In this document: piece by piece, positions 50,906 through 62,231 of the stretch
Numbering within the stretch: the stretch's first letter is position 1
Layout of the letters: the number at the start of each line of letters is the position of its first letter
NCBI GenBank assembly: GCA_963847605.1
Contig: CAWKAM010000001.1
Coordinates: 78,351 to 142,350, forward strand
Source of the DNA: an uncultured delta proteobacterium
GTDB taxonomy: Bacteria > Desulfobacterota > Desulfomonilia > UBA1062
DNA: 64,000 bases
Direction of reading: 5' to 3'
The notes under the pieces: generated by a model
Seen by the model: only the letters and a program-made list of their open reading frames with translations
What the model was told of the DNA's origin: nothing
Database searches by the model: none
Translations under genes and position numbers: made by a program

Positions 50906-52689
50906 CGAGCGGTAAGCAAGGACTGAAACGCACACACTACTGTGGCGAGATCAACCATATCCCTGAGGGGACATCAGTGACGCTCTTCGGCTGGGTCCAG
51001 CGCAGGAGGGACCTTGGCGGGCTCATATTCATCGATATACGCGACCGCACCGGCATTGCCCAGGTGGTTTGCAACCCTGAATCCCAGCCCAAGGCCCATG
51101 CAGTGGCCCATACTTTAAGGCCCGAGTACTGCATCGCCATCACGGGCGAGCTGCTGAAACGGCCGGAAGAGATGCGAAATCCTTCCATGGCAACAGGCGA
51201 CATCGAGGTTACAGCCCATGAGGTGGTGGTGTTCAACGAGGCCTTAACCCCGCCCTTTGTCATTGAAGACGGTGCAGACATCAACGACACCTTAAGGCTC
51301 AAGTATCGGTACCTCGATCTGAGGAGGCCAAGCCTCCAGAGGAACATACTCCTGAGGCATAAGGCAGCGCAGAGCATTAGAAAGTACTATGACGCAAACC
51401 GCTTCATCGAAGTGGAGACCCCTGTGTTGGCCAAGAGCACACCTGAAGGGGCCCGCGACTACCTGGTCCCGAGCAGGATCTTCCCGGGGAAATTTTATGC
51501 CCTGCCACAGTCGCCCCAGCTCTTCAAGCAGCTCCTCATGGTCTCGGGCCTCGACCGCTACTACCAGATCGTGAAGTGCTTCCGCGATGAAGACTTAAGG
51601 GCCGACCGCCAACCGGAATTCACACAGATCGATATCGAGATGTCGTTCGTGACTATGGACGACGTCCTCAAGATCAACGAAGGGGCCATTGCCGATCTCT
51701 TCCGGGAGACTATCGGTGTGGAGCTTCCTCAACCCTTCCCGAAGATGAGCTACGAACAGGCCATGTCCGAGTATGGCAATGACAGGCCTGACACCCGCTT
51801 CGGTATGAAGCTTGTCGATGTATCCGATATCGCCGCCACATCTGACTTCCGTGTTTTTACCGCCGCGGTTTCCGAGGGCGGCGCGGTCAAGGCCATTGCC
51901 GTCAAGGCCCCGCACAACCTCAGCAGGAAGGACCTGGACTCTTTGCAGTCAATCATTGCGGATTATGGAGCCAAGGGCGTGCTCTGGGCCCGTCTCGATG
52001 AGGACGGGTGGAAGTCTACGCTTACAAAATTCTTCAAGGAAAGCCAGTTTGCCGGCATTTCCCAGCGGCTTGATATGGTGCCGGGAGATGTAGCGTTGTT
52101 TATTGCTGACAAGAAGAGTGTAGTGAATGCAAGCCTTTCAGCCCTGAGACTTCACTTGGCAGAGCGGTTGAAGCTGATACCGGAAGGTTCCTTCGGAGCC
52201 CTATGGGTCACGGACTTCCCACTGCTCGAATGGAGCCAGGAGCAAGACAGGCTGGTCTCGGTCCATCATCCCTTCACCGCCCCGGTCCCGGAAGACATAG
52301 CCCTGTTGGATTCTGATCCTGCCAAGGTCAAGAGCCAGGCCTACGATATGGTGATCAACGGCAGCGAGGTGGGCGGAGGCAGTATAAGAATCCACACGCA
52401 AGATATCCAGCAAAAGGTCTTCAAGGTCATCGGGTTGACCGAAGAGCAGGCCAAGGTCAAATTCGGGTATCTGCTGGAGGCCCTCAGGTATGGGGCACCG
52501 CCGCATGGCGGGATTGCCTTTGGGTTCGACAGGCTCATCATGCTGCTCGCAGGCACCACGAGCATCCGCGATGTCATTGCCTTCCCCAAGACCCAGAAGG
52601 CGTTCTGCACCATGACCGAGGCCCCTTCTGATGTCGACCCCAAGCAGCTTGCCGAACTCGGCCTGAAGATGATAGAGGACGAGAGATGA
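50902..52689 (+). CDS. aspS: aspartate--tRNA ligase
   Basis: 595 aa. Class-II motifs ([18 protein letters not shown]; GGGSIRIH; [15 protein letters not shown]). 4-nt overlap with hisS. Confidence 0.9.
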   Translation: MTSGKQGLKRTHYCGEINHIPEGTSVTLFGWVQRRRDLGGLIFIDIRDRTGIAQVVCNPESQPKAHAVAHTLRPEYCIAITGELLKRPEEMRNPSMATGDIEVTAHEVVVFNEALTPPFVIEDGADINDTLRLKYRYLDLRRPSLQRNILLRHKAAQSIRKYYDANRFIEVETPVLAKSTPEGARDYLVPSRIFPGKFYALPQSPQLFKQLLMVSGLDRYYQIVKCFRDEDLRADRQPEFTQIDIEMSFVTMDDVLKINEGAIADLFRETIGVELPQPFPKMSYEQAMSEYGNDRPDTRFGMKLVDVSDIAATSDFRVFTAAVSEGGAVKAIAVKAPHNLSRKDLDSLQSIIADYGAKGVLWARLDEDGWKSTLTKFFKESQFAGISQRLDMVPGDVALFIADKKSVVNASLSALRLHLAERLKLIPEGSFGALWVTDFPLLEWSQEQDRLVSVHHPFTAPVPEDIALLDSDPAKVKSQAYDMVINGSEVGGGSIRIHTQDIQQKVFKVIGLTEEQAKVKFGYLLEALRYGAPPHGGIAFGFDRLIMLLAGTTSIRDVIAFPKTQKAFCTMTEAPSDVDPKQLAELGLKMIEDER

Positions 52690-53486
52690 GGCAATTTTTT
52701 TACTACCTTTTCATGGTGCTGTTGCTTTTCGGTTGTGCAACGACAAAGACTGCGCAGGAAGGCGCCCAGACGGACCCCAGGAAAGAGGCCATGAAGGTGT
52801 TCGCTCAGAGCATAAGGCAGGGCATGAATGCCCTTGACCATAAGGATGATGTGAAGGCTGCAGAGGAATTCGTCCAGGCGTTCAGGCAGCTTAGGACTGC
52901 TGACGAGGAAGACAGGGCACTCATGTCCGCAGCCGCGGACCAGCTCAAGGAGGTTGTTGAGATCTCGGGCTTTGAATATGCAAAGAAGGAATCCTTCTCA
53001 CTGCTCATGCTTTACCTCGATATGCTCAAGGCATACACGGATAATGATGCACGCACCCTGCAATCGATGGCCGTTACATTCAAAACCACCTATCAGGATG
53101 TCCAGCAGAAGACGGCGGAAGAAAAGCAGAAGCACCTCGAAGAGCTTGGGACTGAAATAACCCAGAAGCGTGAGGAAATACAGAAGAGTTCCGAACCGGC
53201 GCTTCTTGAAGCCTACCCGACCATCTATGTAGTGAAAAAGGGGGACACCCTACCGAGTATTGCCGCGCGCCATGAGATATATAACGATTCCTTCATGTGG
53301 CCGCTCATCTACAAGGCGAACCGCGACCAGATCAAGGACCCCAAGGTACTCTATGCAGGCCAGGATCTGAAGGTCCCCAGGGATATGACCACCGAGGAGA
53401 TCATCGAGGCCCGCCGCGAGGCCGGCGCACCGGAGCCGGAAAAGATACCCAAGGACGCATACATACCGAAAGGGAAGAAGAAATAA
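52686..53486 (+). CDS. LysM-domain lipoprotein
   Basis: Lipobox LLLFGC. C-terminal LysM ([51 protein letters not shown]). Confidence 0.75.
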   Translation: MRQFFYYLFMVLLLFGCATTKTAQEGAQTDPRKEAMKVFAQSIRQGMNALDHKDDVKAAEEFVQAFRQLRTADEEDRALMSAAADQLKEVVEISGFEYAKKESFSLLMLYLDMLKAYTDNDARTLQSMAVTFKTTYQDVQQKTAEEKQKHLEELGTEITQKREEIQKSSEPALLEAYPTIYVVKKGDTLPSIAARHEIYNDSFMWPLIYKANRDQIKDPKVLYAGQDLKVPRDMTTEEIIEARREAGAPEPEKIPKDAYIPKGKKK

Positions 53487-53487
53487 T

Positions 53488-55401
53488 ATGGCCAGATGGG
53501 ACCCTGAAAAGAAGGTGTTCTATTATACGCCGGGCAAGAATTTTGAATCCGGTATCCAGGAGATCGAGCGCGGGAACTACTACCGCTCCATATTCAACTA
53601 TGACGAGGTTCCGAAAGTGGACTTCGATATGCGGATGATCCCCATTCAGCCCCCGGAAGACATCTTTATCACCGACACGACCTTCCGTGACGGGCAGCAG
53701 TCCATGACCCCGTTCTCTGTTGATCAGATAGAACGCATCTACGATTTTCTTCACCGCATCAGCGGAGACACTGGTCTCATCAGGGAGAGTGAGTTCTTCC
53801 TCTACTCGAAAAAGGACAAGTCCGCCGTGGAGTCCTGCCTTGCCAAGGGATATAACTTCCCCAAGGTGACCTCCTGGATCCGCGCCCACAAGGATGACCT
53901 GAAGCTGGTCCGTGAATTCGGCATCGACGAGACCGGCATTCTCACCTCCGTGTCCGACTACCACATCTATCTCAAGCTCGGATGGTCCCGACGCAAGGCC
54001 TTGAACGACTACCTCGGGATCGTCAGGGAGGCATTGGGCCAGGGCATCATTCCCAGGTGCCACTTCGAGGATGTAACAAGAGCCGACATCTATGGATTCT
54101 GCATCCCCTTTGCCCGGGAGCTCATGAAGCTCAGGGAAGAATCGGGTGTCGACGTGAAGATCAGGCTCTGCGACACTATGGGCTACGGCGTGTCATTCCC
54201 CGGGGCTGCGCTGCCCAGGGCCGTGGACAAACTGGTTCGAGCCTTCATCGACGATGCCGGTGTCCCCGGGCACCTGCTGGAATGGCACGGGCACAATGAT
54301 TTTCATAAGGTGGTGGTAAACGCCACTACGGCCTGGCTATACGGGTGCAGTGCGGTCAACTGTGCCATCTTCGGGTTCGGGGAGCGCACCGGCAATACAC
54401 CCATCGAGGCCATGGTCTTTGAGTATCTGTCGCTGAGAGGCCACGACGAGAGCATCGACACAAGAGCCATCACCGAGTTGGCCGAATATGTGAACACGGA
54501 GATCAACTACCACATCCCCGGCAATTACCCCTTTGTGGGCAGGAACTTCAATGTGACCAGGGCGGGCATCCACGCAGACGGCCTGGTGAAGAACGAGGAG
54601 ATCTACAATATCTTCAACACGGGTAAGTTCCTGAACCGGCCCATCGAGATCGCCATCACGGACAAGTCCGGCAAGGCCGGCATCGCGCACTGGGTCAACT
54701 CCCACTTCAAGATCGAGGATTCCAATAAGATCGACAAGCGCCATCCGGGCATTACCAGGATGTACCAGCAGATCGTCAAGGATTTCGAGGACGGTCGCAA
54801 CACCTCCATGACGGATGAGGAGCTGGAAAAGCTCACCTTGCGTTTCATTCCCCACATCTTCCTGTCGGGCTTCGACCTTATCAAGTATGAGGCCCAGGAG
54901 TATGCAAGCCAGCTCATCGAGAAGCTTCTTGAGAATGAAGACATGAAGAGCATGAAACCCAAGAAGCAGGAACCGGTCATCACCGAGTTCATCAAGGAGT
55001 ATCCGTTCATCCAGTTCGCCTATATCACGGGCATGGACGGGATAAAGATCACCAAGAACATCACCCAGCCCGAGTACCGCGGACAGTTCATGCATAAGAT
55101 GAAAGAAGATGAGGACTGCTCCGATCGGGAGTGGTTCATCAAGGCCGTGGAGACCGGCAAGCTCCATGTGAGCGGGGTTGCAACCTCCCGCATCACCGGC
55201 GCATTGATCATTACGGTCTCCGCACCTGTCCTGAATGAAAAGGAAGACATGGTGGGCGTGCTGGGCCTGGACATCAGGTTTGAGGATGTGGTCAAGGCCA
55301 TACAGAGCATGTACGAGGCCTGGGGCATGAGCATGAGCCCCAAGGATGTCCAGCGCTACCAGCGGCTGCTCTGGGATGAGCTCCACCGGGACTTGGTCTA
55401 A
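53488..55401 (+). CDS. HMGL-like acyltransferase of the isopropylmalate/homocitrate/Re-citrate synthase family fused to a C-terminal Cache-like domain
   Basis: N-terminal TIM-barrel motifs DTTFRDGQQS and EWHGHNDF. The C-terminal ~150 aa (…DREWFIKAVETGKLHVSGVATSRITGALIITVSAPVLNEKEDMVGVLGLDIRFEDV) match the Cache/PAS-like consensus. Immediately upstream of icd. Confidence 0.75.
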   Translation: MARWDPEKKVFYYTPGKNFESGIQEIERGNYYRSIFNYDEVPKVDFDMRMIPIQPPEDIFITDTTFRDGQQSMTPFSVDQIERIYDFLHRISGDTGLIRESEFFLYSKKDKSAVESCLAKGYNFPKVTSWIRAHKDDLKLVREFGIDETGILTSVSDYHIYLKLGWSRRKALNDYLGIVREALGQGIIPRCHFEDVTRADIYGFCIPFARELMKLREESGVDVKIRLCDTMGYGVSFPGAALPRAVDKLVRAFIDDAGVPGHLLEWHGHNDFHKVVVNATTAWLYGCSAVNCAIFGFGERTGNTPIEAMVFEYLSLRGHDESIDTRAITELAEYVNTEINYHIPGNYPFVGRNFNVTRAGIHADGLVKNEEIYNIFNTGKFLNRPIEIAITDKSGKAGIAHWVNSHFKIEDSNKIDKRHPGITRMYQQIVKDFEDGRNTSMTDEELEKLTLRFIPHIFLSGFDLIKYEAQEYASQLIEKLLENEDMKSMKPKKQEPVITEFIKEYPFIQFAYITGMDGIKITKNITQPEYRGQFMHKMKEDEDCSDREWFIKAVETGKLHVSGVATSRITGALIITVSAPVLNEKEDMVGVLGLDIRFEDVVKAIQSMYEAWGMSMSPKDVQRYQRLLWDELHRDLV

Positions 55402-55552
55402 GGTGAGGAGCACCTCGCAAGGGGTGATGCTCGCTGTTATCTATGGAAGAAACTTGTAAGATCGTGAATAGGCCCCATGCCTTGGTTAGCTAGTTCCCCT
55501 CCTTTCTAAGGAGGGTGACAGGGAAGATTTGTTTCTATGGAGAATAGGAAAA

Positions 55553-56767
55553 ATGGAAGGGACCAAGATAACATTTGAAGGCGGCAAGCTGGATGTCCCC
55601 GATGACCCCGTCATCCCATTCATCGAGGGGGACGGCGTAGGGCCCGATATCTGGGCCGCCTCGCAGGCGGTCTTTGATGCGGCGGTGAAGAAGGCATACG
55701 GCGGGAAACGCCGGATCATATGGAAAGAGATCTATGCGGGCGAAAAGGCCAATACGAAGTTCGGCGCCTACCTGCCCGGAGAGACCATCGCGGCCTTGAA
55801 GGAATACCTCGTGGGCATAAAGGGCCCGCTTACCACGCCTGTGGGCGGCGGCATCCGCAGCCTGAATGTGGCCTTGCGCCAAATCCTGGACCTTTTTGCG
55901 TGCATCAGGCCCGTGAAGTACTACCAGGGGACGCCTGCCCCGGTGAAGCAGCCCGAGCTCGTAGATATCACGGTATTCCGCGAGAACACCGAGGACCTCT
56001 ATGCAGGCATCGAGTGGTGCAAGGGCAGTGTTGACGCGACCAAGGTAATCAATTTCCTCAACGAGCAGATGGGCACCCACATCAGGGAGGATTCCGGCAT
56101 CGGCATCAAGCCCATATCCGTCCATGGTACCAAGCGTCTGGTGCGCATGGCCATCGAGTATGCCGTCAAACATCACAAGAAGACCGTGACACTCGTGCAC
56201 AAGGGCAACATCATGAAGTTCACCGAAGGGGCCTTCAGGGACTGGGGCTATGAGCTCGCCCGCGATGAGTTCAATGATGTCGCTATTGCTGAAGCAGATC
56301 TCTCAAAGAAGTACGGAGGAATGCTCCCCGAGGGAATGATTCTCATCAACGACCGCATTGCCGACTCCATGTTCCAGCAGGTGCTGCTGCGGCCTGCGGA
56401 ATACGAGGTTCTCGCCGTGCCCAACCTTATCGGTGACTTTATATCGGACGCCCTTGCGGCCCAGGTGGGCGGGCTCGGCATGGCGCCCGGCGCCAACATC
56501 GGTATCCCTGTGGCCGTGTTCGAGGCCACCCACGGCACTGCGCCAAAGTATGCAGGTCAGGACAAGATCAACCCCGGCTCGCTTATCTTATCGGGCGCCA
56601 TGATGCTCGACCACATAGGCTGGACTGAGGCAGGTGATCTTATTCGCAAGGGTATCGCCAAGGCCATATCGGACAAGCAGGTCACCTACGACCTGGAGCG
56701 CCAGATGCAAGGCGCCACCCTGCTCAAGTGCTCCGAGTTCGGGAAAGCCATAATTGAGCGGATGTAA
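55553..56767 (+). CDS. icd: NADP-dependent isocitrate dehydrogenase (homodimeric type)
   Basis: [34 protein letters not shown] parallels the E. coli Icd N-terminus. The ORF-track start is an upstream TTG at 55529. Confidence 0.9.
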   Translation: MEGTKITFEGGKLDVPDDPVIPFIEGDGVGPDIWAASQAVFDAAVKKAYGGKRRIIWKEIYAGEKANTKFGAYLPGETIAALKEYLVGIKGPLTTPVGGGIRSLNVALRQILDLFACIRPVKYYQGTPAPVKQPELVDITVFRENTEDLYAGIEWCKGSVDATKVINFLNEQMGTHIREDSGIGIKPISVHGTKRLVRMAIEYAVKHHKKTVTLVHKGNIMKFTEGAFRDWGYELARDEFNDVAIAEADLSKKYGGMLPEGMILINDRIADSMFQQVLLRPAEYEVLAVPNLIGDFISDALAAQVGGLGMAPGANIGIPVAVFEATHGTAPKYAGQDKINPGSLILSGAMMLDHIGWTEAGDLIRKGIAKAISDKQVTYDLERQMQGATLLKCSEFGKAIIERM

Positions 56768-56835
56768 TATGCGGCAGCGGCTCTATCGGAAGAATTACTC
56801 TTGAAAAGAACTCAATGAACCTTCACCCTGGCCCA

Positions 56836-56877
56836 AATTTCTGCAGGAAAGCAGAAATTGACGCACTTTACGTGCGC
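56836..56877. terminator. convergent-terminator-like hairpins between icd (+) and the acyl-CoA ligase gene (-)
   Basis: AATTTCTGC-aggaaa-GCAGAAATT (9-bp arms) followed by CGCAC-tttac-GTGCG. Neither has a strong U-run. Confidence 0.35.
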
Positions 56878-56948
56878 CTGAAAGGCGAAGGCCAAGGATG
56901 GCCTGAGTCACTCCCCACACGGCGGGGAGAGGGGATGAAGGGTGTAAT

Positions 56949-58628
56949 TCATCGAGGTCGAGACATCTTTGCCTTTTCCGCCTCCTCCTGCTTGAGGATC
57001 TTGCGAAGGATCTTGCCTACAGTGGATTTGGGAAGCGAGTCTCTGAACTCCACCTGTTTCGGCACCTTGTAGGCCGTGAGCTTGGTCTTGCAGAAGTCTA
57101 TGATCTCCTTATCCGTGGCTTTCTGGCCGGGTTTGAGGACGACAAAGGCCTTCACCGTCTCACCACGGTACTCATCCGGTATGCCGACCGTTACAGCCTC
57201 GGCGACCTTGGGGTGCTGGTAGAGGATCTCGTCGATCTCGCGTGGGTAGATATTGAACCCGCCTGCAATGATCATGTCCTTTTTCCGGTCTACGATGAAG
57301 AGGTAGCCGTCCTCGTCCATCTGGGCAATATCGCCGGTGTGCAGCCAGCCATCAACAAGCTGGCCCTTGGTCTCTTCGGGGTTGTTCCAATACCCCTGCA
57401 TGATGAGCGGGCCCTTCATGATGATCTCCCCCGGGTCGCCCGGTTTCACATCCTCGGTCCCGGTTTCCACGTCCACCAGGCGGACATCATTGTCCGGGAA
57501 GGGGATGCCGATGCTGCCCACCTTCTTCATGCCCAGGATGGGGTTGCTGATGCCAAGGGATGTAGATTCGCTCAATCCGTATCCCTCGCTGAAATAAATG
57601 CCCATATCCTGTACCTTCTCGATGAGCTCGACCGGCATGGGCGCGGCCCCTGAATTGAGCAGGCCGAGGCGCTTGGCAAGGTTCAGGTCTGCGGCCTTGG
57701 GGTGGTTGATGACTGCGGTGATCATGGTGGGAACGGCAGGGAAAAAGGTTATCTTATCGAAATTGCCGATGATGCCCAGGATCTCCTCGATATCGAAACG
57801 CGGCACCAGGATCTGGGTGGCGCAGCTGAAGAACGACCAGTTCATGGCCACGATGTTGCCGTAAACATGAAAGTACGGGATCACGCTCAGGACATTGCGC
57901 TTCTCAAGAGGGACAATGGTTATGGTGGGGTTGCCCCACATGGCTGCCTGGAAGGTTGCCGCAACGACATTCGCATGGGTCAACAATGCCCCTTTGGGTA
58001 CGCCCGTGGTGCCGCCGGTGAACTGGATCATGGCCGGATCATCGGGGCTGAACGGGAAGCGGGGCAGCCGCGTTTCTATTGTGCCGTCGATGAGTTCGGA
58101 GAAGTGGTAGAATCCCTCATCCTTGTTCAAGTCCAGGTCTTTGGCCGTACTTACGCCGAAACCATTGATACAGTCCGTCACCCTGGTCACCACGATCCTC
58201 TTCAGCCCGACCTCCTTGGCCAGCAGACGGATATTGGGCAACACCGTGTCGAAGGTGATCAGTGTCTCCATCCCGGTGATCTCCATGATGTGCTTGAGCT
58301 CACTTGTCGTATAGAGCGGGTTCATATTCACCACAATAGCGCCTAAAGATAGTGTAGCTAGGTACGAAATAGGGAACTGGGGGCAGTTGGGCAGATGGAT
58401 GCCCACCCGGTCTCCCTTCTTCACGCCGAGCTTGCCGAGCGCATTCGCCAAGCGGAGCATCTGCCCCCGCATCTGCCAGAAGGTCAGCTCTGTGCCGTAG
58501 AAATTTACACAGGGCTTGTCCGGAAATGCCCCTACAGGCAACTGGAAGAGTATCTGGGCAGGGATCCTTGGATAGCGGATGCTGGTGGGGACGTTGTAGT
58601 CATAGTGCCTGTGCCAGGGTTTTTCCAT
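56949..58628 (-). CDS. long-chain-fatty-acid--CoA ligase / AMP-dependent synthetase
   Basis: AMP-binding motif FTGGTTGVPKGA. 559 aa. Confidence 0.85.
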   Translation of the reverse strand: MEKPWHRHYDYNVPTSIRYPRIPAQILFQLPVGAFPDKPCVNFYGTELTFWQMRGQMLRLANALGKLGVKKGDRVGIHLPNCPQFPISYLATLSLGAIVVNMNPLYTTSELKHIMEITGMETLITFDTVLPNIRLLAKEVGLKRIVVTRVTDCINGFGVSTAKDLDLNKDEGFYHFSELIDGTIETRLPRFPFSPDDPAMIQFTGGTTGVPKGALLTHANVVAATFQAAMWGNPTITIVPLEKRNVLSVIPYFHVYGNIVAMNWSFFSCATQILVPRFDIEEILGIIGNFDKITFFPAVPTMITAVINHPKAADLNLAKRLGLLNSGAAPMPVELIEKVQDMGIYFSEGYGLSESTSLGISNPILGMKKVGSIGIPFPDNDVRLVDVETGTEDVKPGDPGEIIMKGPLIMQGYWNNPEETKGQLVDGWLHTGDIAQMDEDGYLFIVDRKKDMIIAGGFNIYPREIDEILYQHPKVAEAVTVGIPDEYRGETVKAFVVLKPGQKATDKEIIDFCKTKLTAYKVPKQVEFRDSLPKSTVGKILRKILKQEEAEKAKMSRPR

Positions 58629-58843
58629 AGAAGCAGGTTCCTCCTCTTTGTATTATTGTATTATTTTAATAGTTACTACATGAAGTATATTATCATAAAA
58701 GGTTATCCGAAGAGTATGATAATCAATAGAAGTATTGCAAGTTTAGGGTAAACTCCCAGCAATACATTCCTTGTGATCCATGCCACCCTGACAATAAAAG
58801 GCATTTTCACATGCTAAAAACCCCGGCTATGTGCGGCAGGAGT

Positions 58844-60334
58844 CTATAGTTTTGGTCTCCTGTCGAACCAGGGCTGGGCCTTTTCGAGCTGGGCTGCGAG
58901 TCTGAAGAGTGTTGCCTCATCCCCGAAGCGTGCTATGAACTGCACCCCGCAGGGCAGGCCGTCCGCGGTCCAGTGCAGCGGCACCGACATGGCAGGCAGG
59001 CCGGTAAGATTAGCAAGCTGTGTGTATGGCGTCTTGGCCAGGCTTTCAATGGCGAGCTTGTCGGCAATACCTGAAAGGCGTATCAGTTTGCCCAGGTTCA
59101 GCGAATTGGTGATTTTCATAAGCCATTCTTCTATGGGTTTTGGTTTCAGTTCCCCGATCCTCACCGGGGGGTAAGCCGTGGTAGGAGTGAGATAGAGATC
59201 ATATTTCTGATGGAAGAGGCCCATCTGCCGGGAAAAGGTATTCCACTGCCTTATTGCATACACGAACTCCCCCGCTGTGAATGCATCCCCGAGTAGCTTG
59301 AGCGCCCAGGTGGGACCTTCCACATCCGAAGGTTTCGCCTTTCTCCCCAGCACCGTTTTGAGGTCTTTAATATCGGCCGCAATCTCCCCGAAGTACATGG
59401 TAAAATAACTCTTCGCCAGGGCGATACCGTCGATATCCGGTTCTGCTTCCTCCACCCGATGCCCCAGACTTGCCAGGAGGGCTGCAGCATTTTCCACCGC
59501 CTTTTGACATTCAGGATGTACCCATGTATTCAGGGGTGATTTCTTTGTGAAGGCGATTTTCAAGGGGCCTGGTTCGCGGTTTAATTCATCGAGATACGGC
59601 CTCTCAGGGTTCGGTATGATATACGGGGCACCGGCATCGGGCCCGTTTACGGCATCCATCATGGCTGCGCTGTCCCTCACTGAGCGTGTGATCACATGCT
59701 CCACTGCAGCACCCTGCCATATCTGGCCGTACTCCGGACCTGTAGGATTCCGTCCCCTTGTGGGCTTCATCCCGAAGAGTCCGCAGTAAGAAGAAGGAAT
59801 ACGTATGGAGCCACCGCCATCGCCGCCGGAGGCAAAGGGTACCATGCCGCTTGCAACAGCCGCACCTGATCCGCCGCTCGATCCGCCCGGCGTGTGTTCC
59901 GGATTCCATGGGTTGCGGGTCGGGCCATGCAGTTCCGGCTCGGTGATACCCATGAGGCCGAACTCAGGGGTGTTGGTCTTGCCGAGGATCACCACGCCGG
60001 TAGCCTTGTAGCGCTTCATCAACTCGCTGTCCTGGGTGGGAATGTAGTTTTTGTAGGCCTTGCTCCCCATGGTCAGAGGGACGCCTGCATAGGAGGCGAT
60101 CAGGTCTTTAATGAGGAACGGCACGCCGGTAAACGGCCCTTGATGCAGCTTGCCCTTGACAGTATTCCGGGCTATGTCGAACATATTGTAGATTACTGCG
60201 TTGATCTTCGGGTTGATTCTCTCTATGCGGCTGATGGCCTCTTCGCAGAGTTCTTCTGGTGTAACTTCTTTCCTCCTGATAAGCTCGGCCAGGCCGAGTG
60301 CGTCATACCGGTCATATTCCGGGAAAGTCCCCAT
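58844..60334 (-). CDS. amidase-signature (AS) family amidase
   Basis: GGSSGGSGAAVASGMVPFASGGDGGGSIRIPSSYCGLFGMKPTRG (AS motif with Ser-cisSer-Lys triad elements). 496 aa. Confidence 0.85.
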   Translation of the reverse strand: MGTFPEYDRYDALGLAELIRRKEVTPEELCEEAISRIERINPKINAVIYNMFDIARNTVKGKLHQGPFTGVPFLIKDLIASYAGVPLTMGSKAYKNYIPTQDSELMKRYKATGVVILGKTNTPEFGLMGITEPELHGPTRNPWNPEHTPGGSSGGSGAAVASGMVPFASGGDGGGSIRIPSSYCGLFGMKPTRGRNPTGPEYGQIWQGAAVEHVITRSVRDSAAMMDAVNGPDAGAPYIIPNPERPYLDELNREPGPLKIAFTKKSPLNTWVHPECQKAVENAAALLASLGHRVEEAEPDIDGIALAKSYFTMYFGEIAADIKDLKTVLGRKAKPSDVEGPTWALKLLGDAFTAGEFVYAIRQWNTFSRQMGLFHQKYDLYLTPTTAYPPVRIGELKPKPIEEWLMKITNSLNLGKLIRLSGIADKLAIESLAKTPYTQLANLTGLPAMSVPLHWTADGLPCGVQFIARFGDEATLFRLAAQLEKAQPWFDRRPKL

Positions 60335-60544
60335 GCAGTTTCTCCCTTCACTTGATTACAACATGTAGTACTCTTTAATAATATATTCCATGAGTTGAAA
60401 AGATCAAGAGAGAAGAAGCTTCTTCTCTTACTTAAAGGGGTGATTCAAACCAATGGTGAAAACAGATGTCTATTTTTCGTAGTAAGGACTTTTAGAATCC
60501 GCTATGATCCATGTTAAATCTTAAGACACGAGGATCATGCAGTC

Positions 60545-61606
60545 ATGCCCGATGTATATGAGAGATTGCGCGGCAGACTCGATGAAATGGCAACCGGTTA
60601 CCCGGCCACCCAGGGCGGGGTGGAGATAAGGATCTTGAAACAGCTCTTCAGCGAAGAAGATGCCGAACTGTTCCTGGCCATGAATCCGCAGCCTCAAACC
60701 GCCCAAGAAGTGGCCTCTCATGTCCGGTCAGAACCTGCTGCCATGGTGACGCAGCTGGAAGAGATGGCCGGGAAGGGCCTCATCTTCCGGCTGAGAGAAG
60801 GTGAAACCACCCGATACTTCCCTATCCCCTTCATTGTAGGCATCTATGAGTTTCAGTTGAACAATTTGAGCCCCCAACTTTTAAAGGATATCTCCGAGTA
60901 CTACCTTACCGGTCTGGGCGCCACATTCCATGGGCTGAAGACGCCTCACCTGAGATCCATCCCCATCAACGCCCGGATAATCCCGGATGGTCCCATTGCC
61001 CCCTACGACGATGCCGCTGCCATCATCAAGGACAAGTCCCGTATTGCCGTTGCCGATTGCTTTTGCCGCAAGGCGGTGCGCATGTACGGCAAGGGTTGCT
61101 CGCACCCGTTAGAGACCTGTATCCAGTTTGATTCCTTTGCAGACTACTACGTGGACAACGGCATGGCCCGTTACATCAGTATGGACGAGGCGTTAACGAT
61201 ATTGAAGCGCAATGAAGCCGAAGGCCTGATCATCCATATCCTGAATTCAGTCAATGTTGAGGCTATGTGCGCCTGCTGTTCCTGCTGCTGCGGCATGCTC
61301 ATCTCGCTCAAGCTCTTCCCTGCACCGGCCCGAGAAGCAAAGAGCAACTATGTCTGCTCCTTGGATGAATCACTCTGCACAGCCTGTGGCATATGCTTGA
61401 AACGCTGTCCTGTCGGCGCATTGAAACTCAAGGAAGATAAGATCCAATTCAGGGATGAGCGTTGCATCGGCTGCGGCCTGTGTGTCACCACCTGCCCCAC
61501 CGAGGCCCTAAGCCTCATAAAAAAGCCTGATGAAAAACTCTATACCCCGCCGGAGACGGTCTTTGAGACATTTCACCTCATGAGCACCGAGAAGATTCGG
61601 CCATGA
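60545..61606 (+). CDS. Cys-rich ferredoxin-like protein (C-terminal 2x[4Fe-4S] domain plus unusual CACCSCCCG cluster)
   Basis: CTACGICLKRCP and CIGCGLCVTTCP dicluster motifs. Upstream there are CFCRKAV...GCSHPLETC and MCACCSCCCG motifs. The N-terminal ~80 aa are wHTH-like. Confidence 0.6.
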   Translation: MPDVYERLRGRLDEMATGYPATQGGVEIRILKQLFSEEDAELFLAMNPQPQTAQEVASHVRSEPAAMVTQLEEMAGKGLIFRLREGETTRYFPIPFIVGIYEFQLNNLSPQLLKDISEYYLTGLGATFHGLKTPHLRSIPINARIIPDGPIAPYDDAAAIIKDKSRIAVADCFCRKAVRMYGKGCSHPLETCIQFDSFADYYVDNGMARYISMDEALTILKRNEAEGLIIHILNSVNVEAMCACCSCCCGMLISLKLFPAPAREAKSNYVCSLDESLCTACGICLKRCPVGALKLKEDKIQFRDERCIGCGLCVTTCPTEALSLIKKPDEKLYTPPETVFETFHLMSTEKIRP

Positions 61607-61894
61607 AGAGGTGAACGACAAAAAATGAACAAATAGGATACGTATTCGCATTTCTCCCTTATTTTTAATACATAATCACCTGATTTAATCCTTGACACCG
61701 GCTTTGTTGTGCACTACGTGTAACTTACATCTGAAAAAGAATATATCCGACTTGAGTTTTGACCTGCGAAGAACACCTTCTGTACGGCTCCCCCAAGTCA
61801 ACATTTCATCGACGATATCTTCAGATTTCAGAAATTCATCCGCAGTGTCTCCTGCCATGCAAGGCAGGGGAAGAATGCAAGAAAGGTATTGAAC

Positions 61895-62095
61895 ATGGCA
61901 CAAGGAACAGTAAAGTGGTTCAACAGAGAAAAAGGGTATGGTTTCATCACTGCTGACGACGGCCAGGATGTATTCGTGCACCATACGTCCATCAACCAGC
62001 AGGGGTTCAGGGCACTCGAAGAGGGCCAGAGGGTTACCTTTGAGATCGTCAAAGGTCAGAAGGGGATGCAGGCATCCAACGTAACAACATCCTAA
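61895..62095 (+). CDS. cspA: cold-shock protein (CspA family)
   Basis: [33 protein letters not shown] carries the RNP1/RNP2 motifs. Preceded by a ~290-nt leader. Confidence 0.9.
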   Translation: MAQGTVKWFNREKGYGFITADDGQDVFVHHTSINQQGFRALEEGQRVTFEIVKGQKGMQASNVTTS

Positions 62096-62231
62096 AATAA
62101 TGAAAAAACGGGCGGGGCATGACCCGCCCTTGAATCCATCTGGGAATCAGAGGAATTTGTTCCCAGCAACAAGCCTCGTCAGCATTGTTCGACCTTAAAA
62201 GGTCTCGCAGGCTTCAAGCCGGGAGGTGAAT

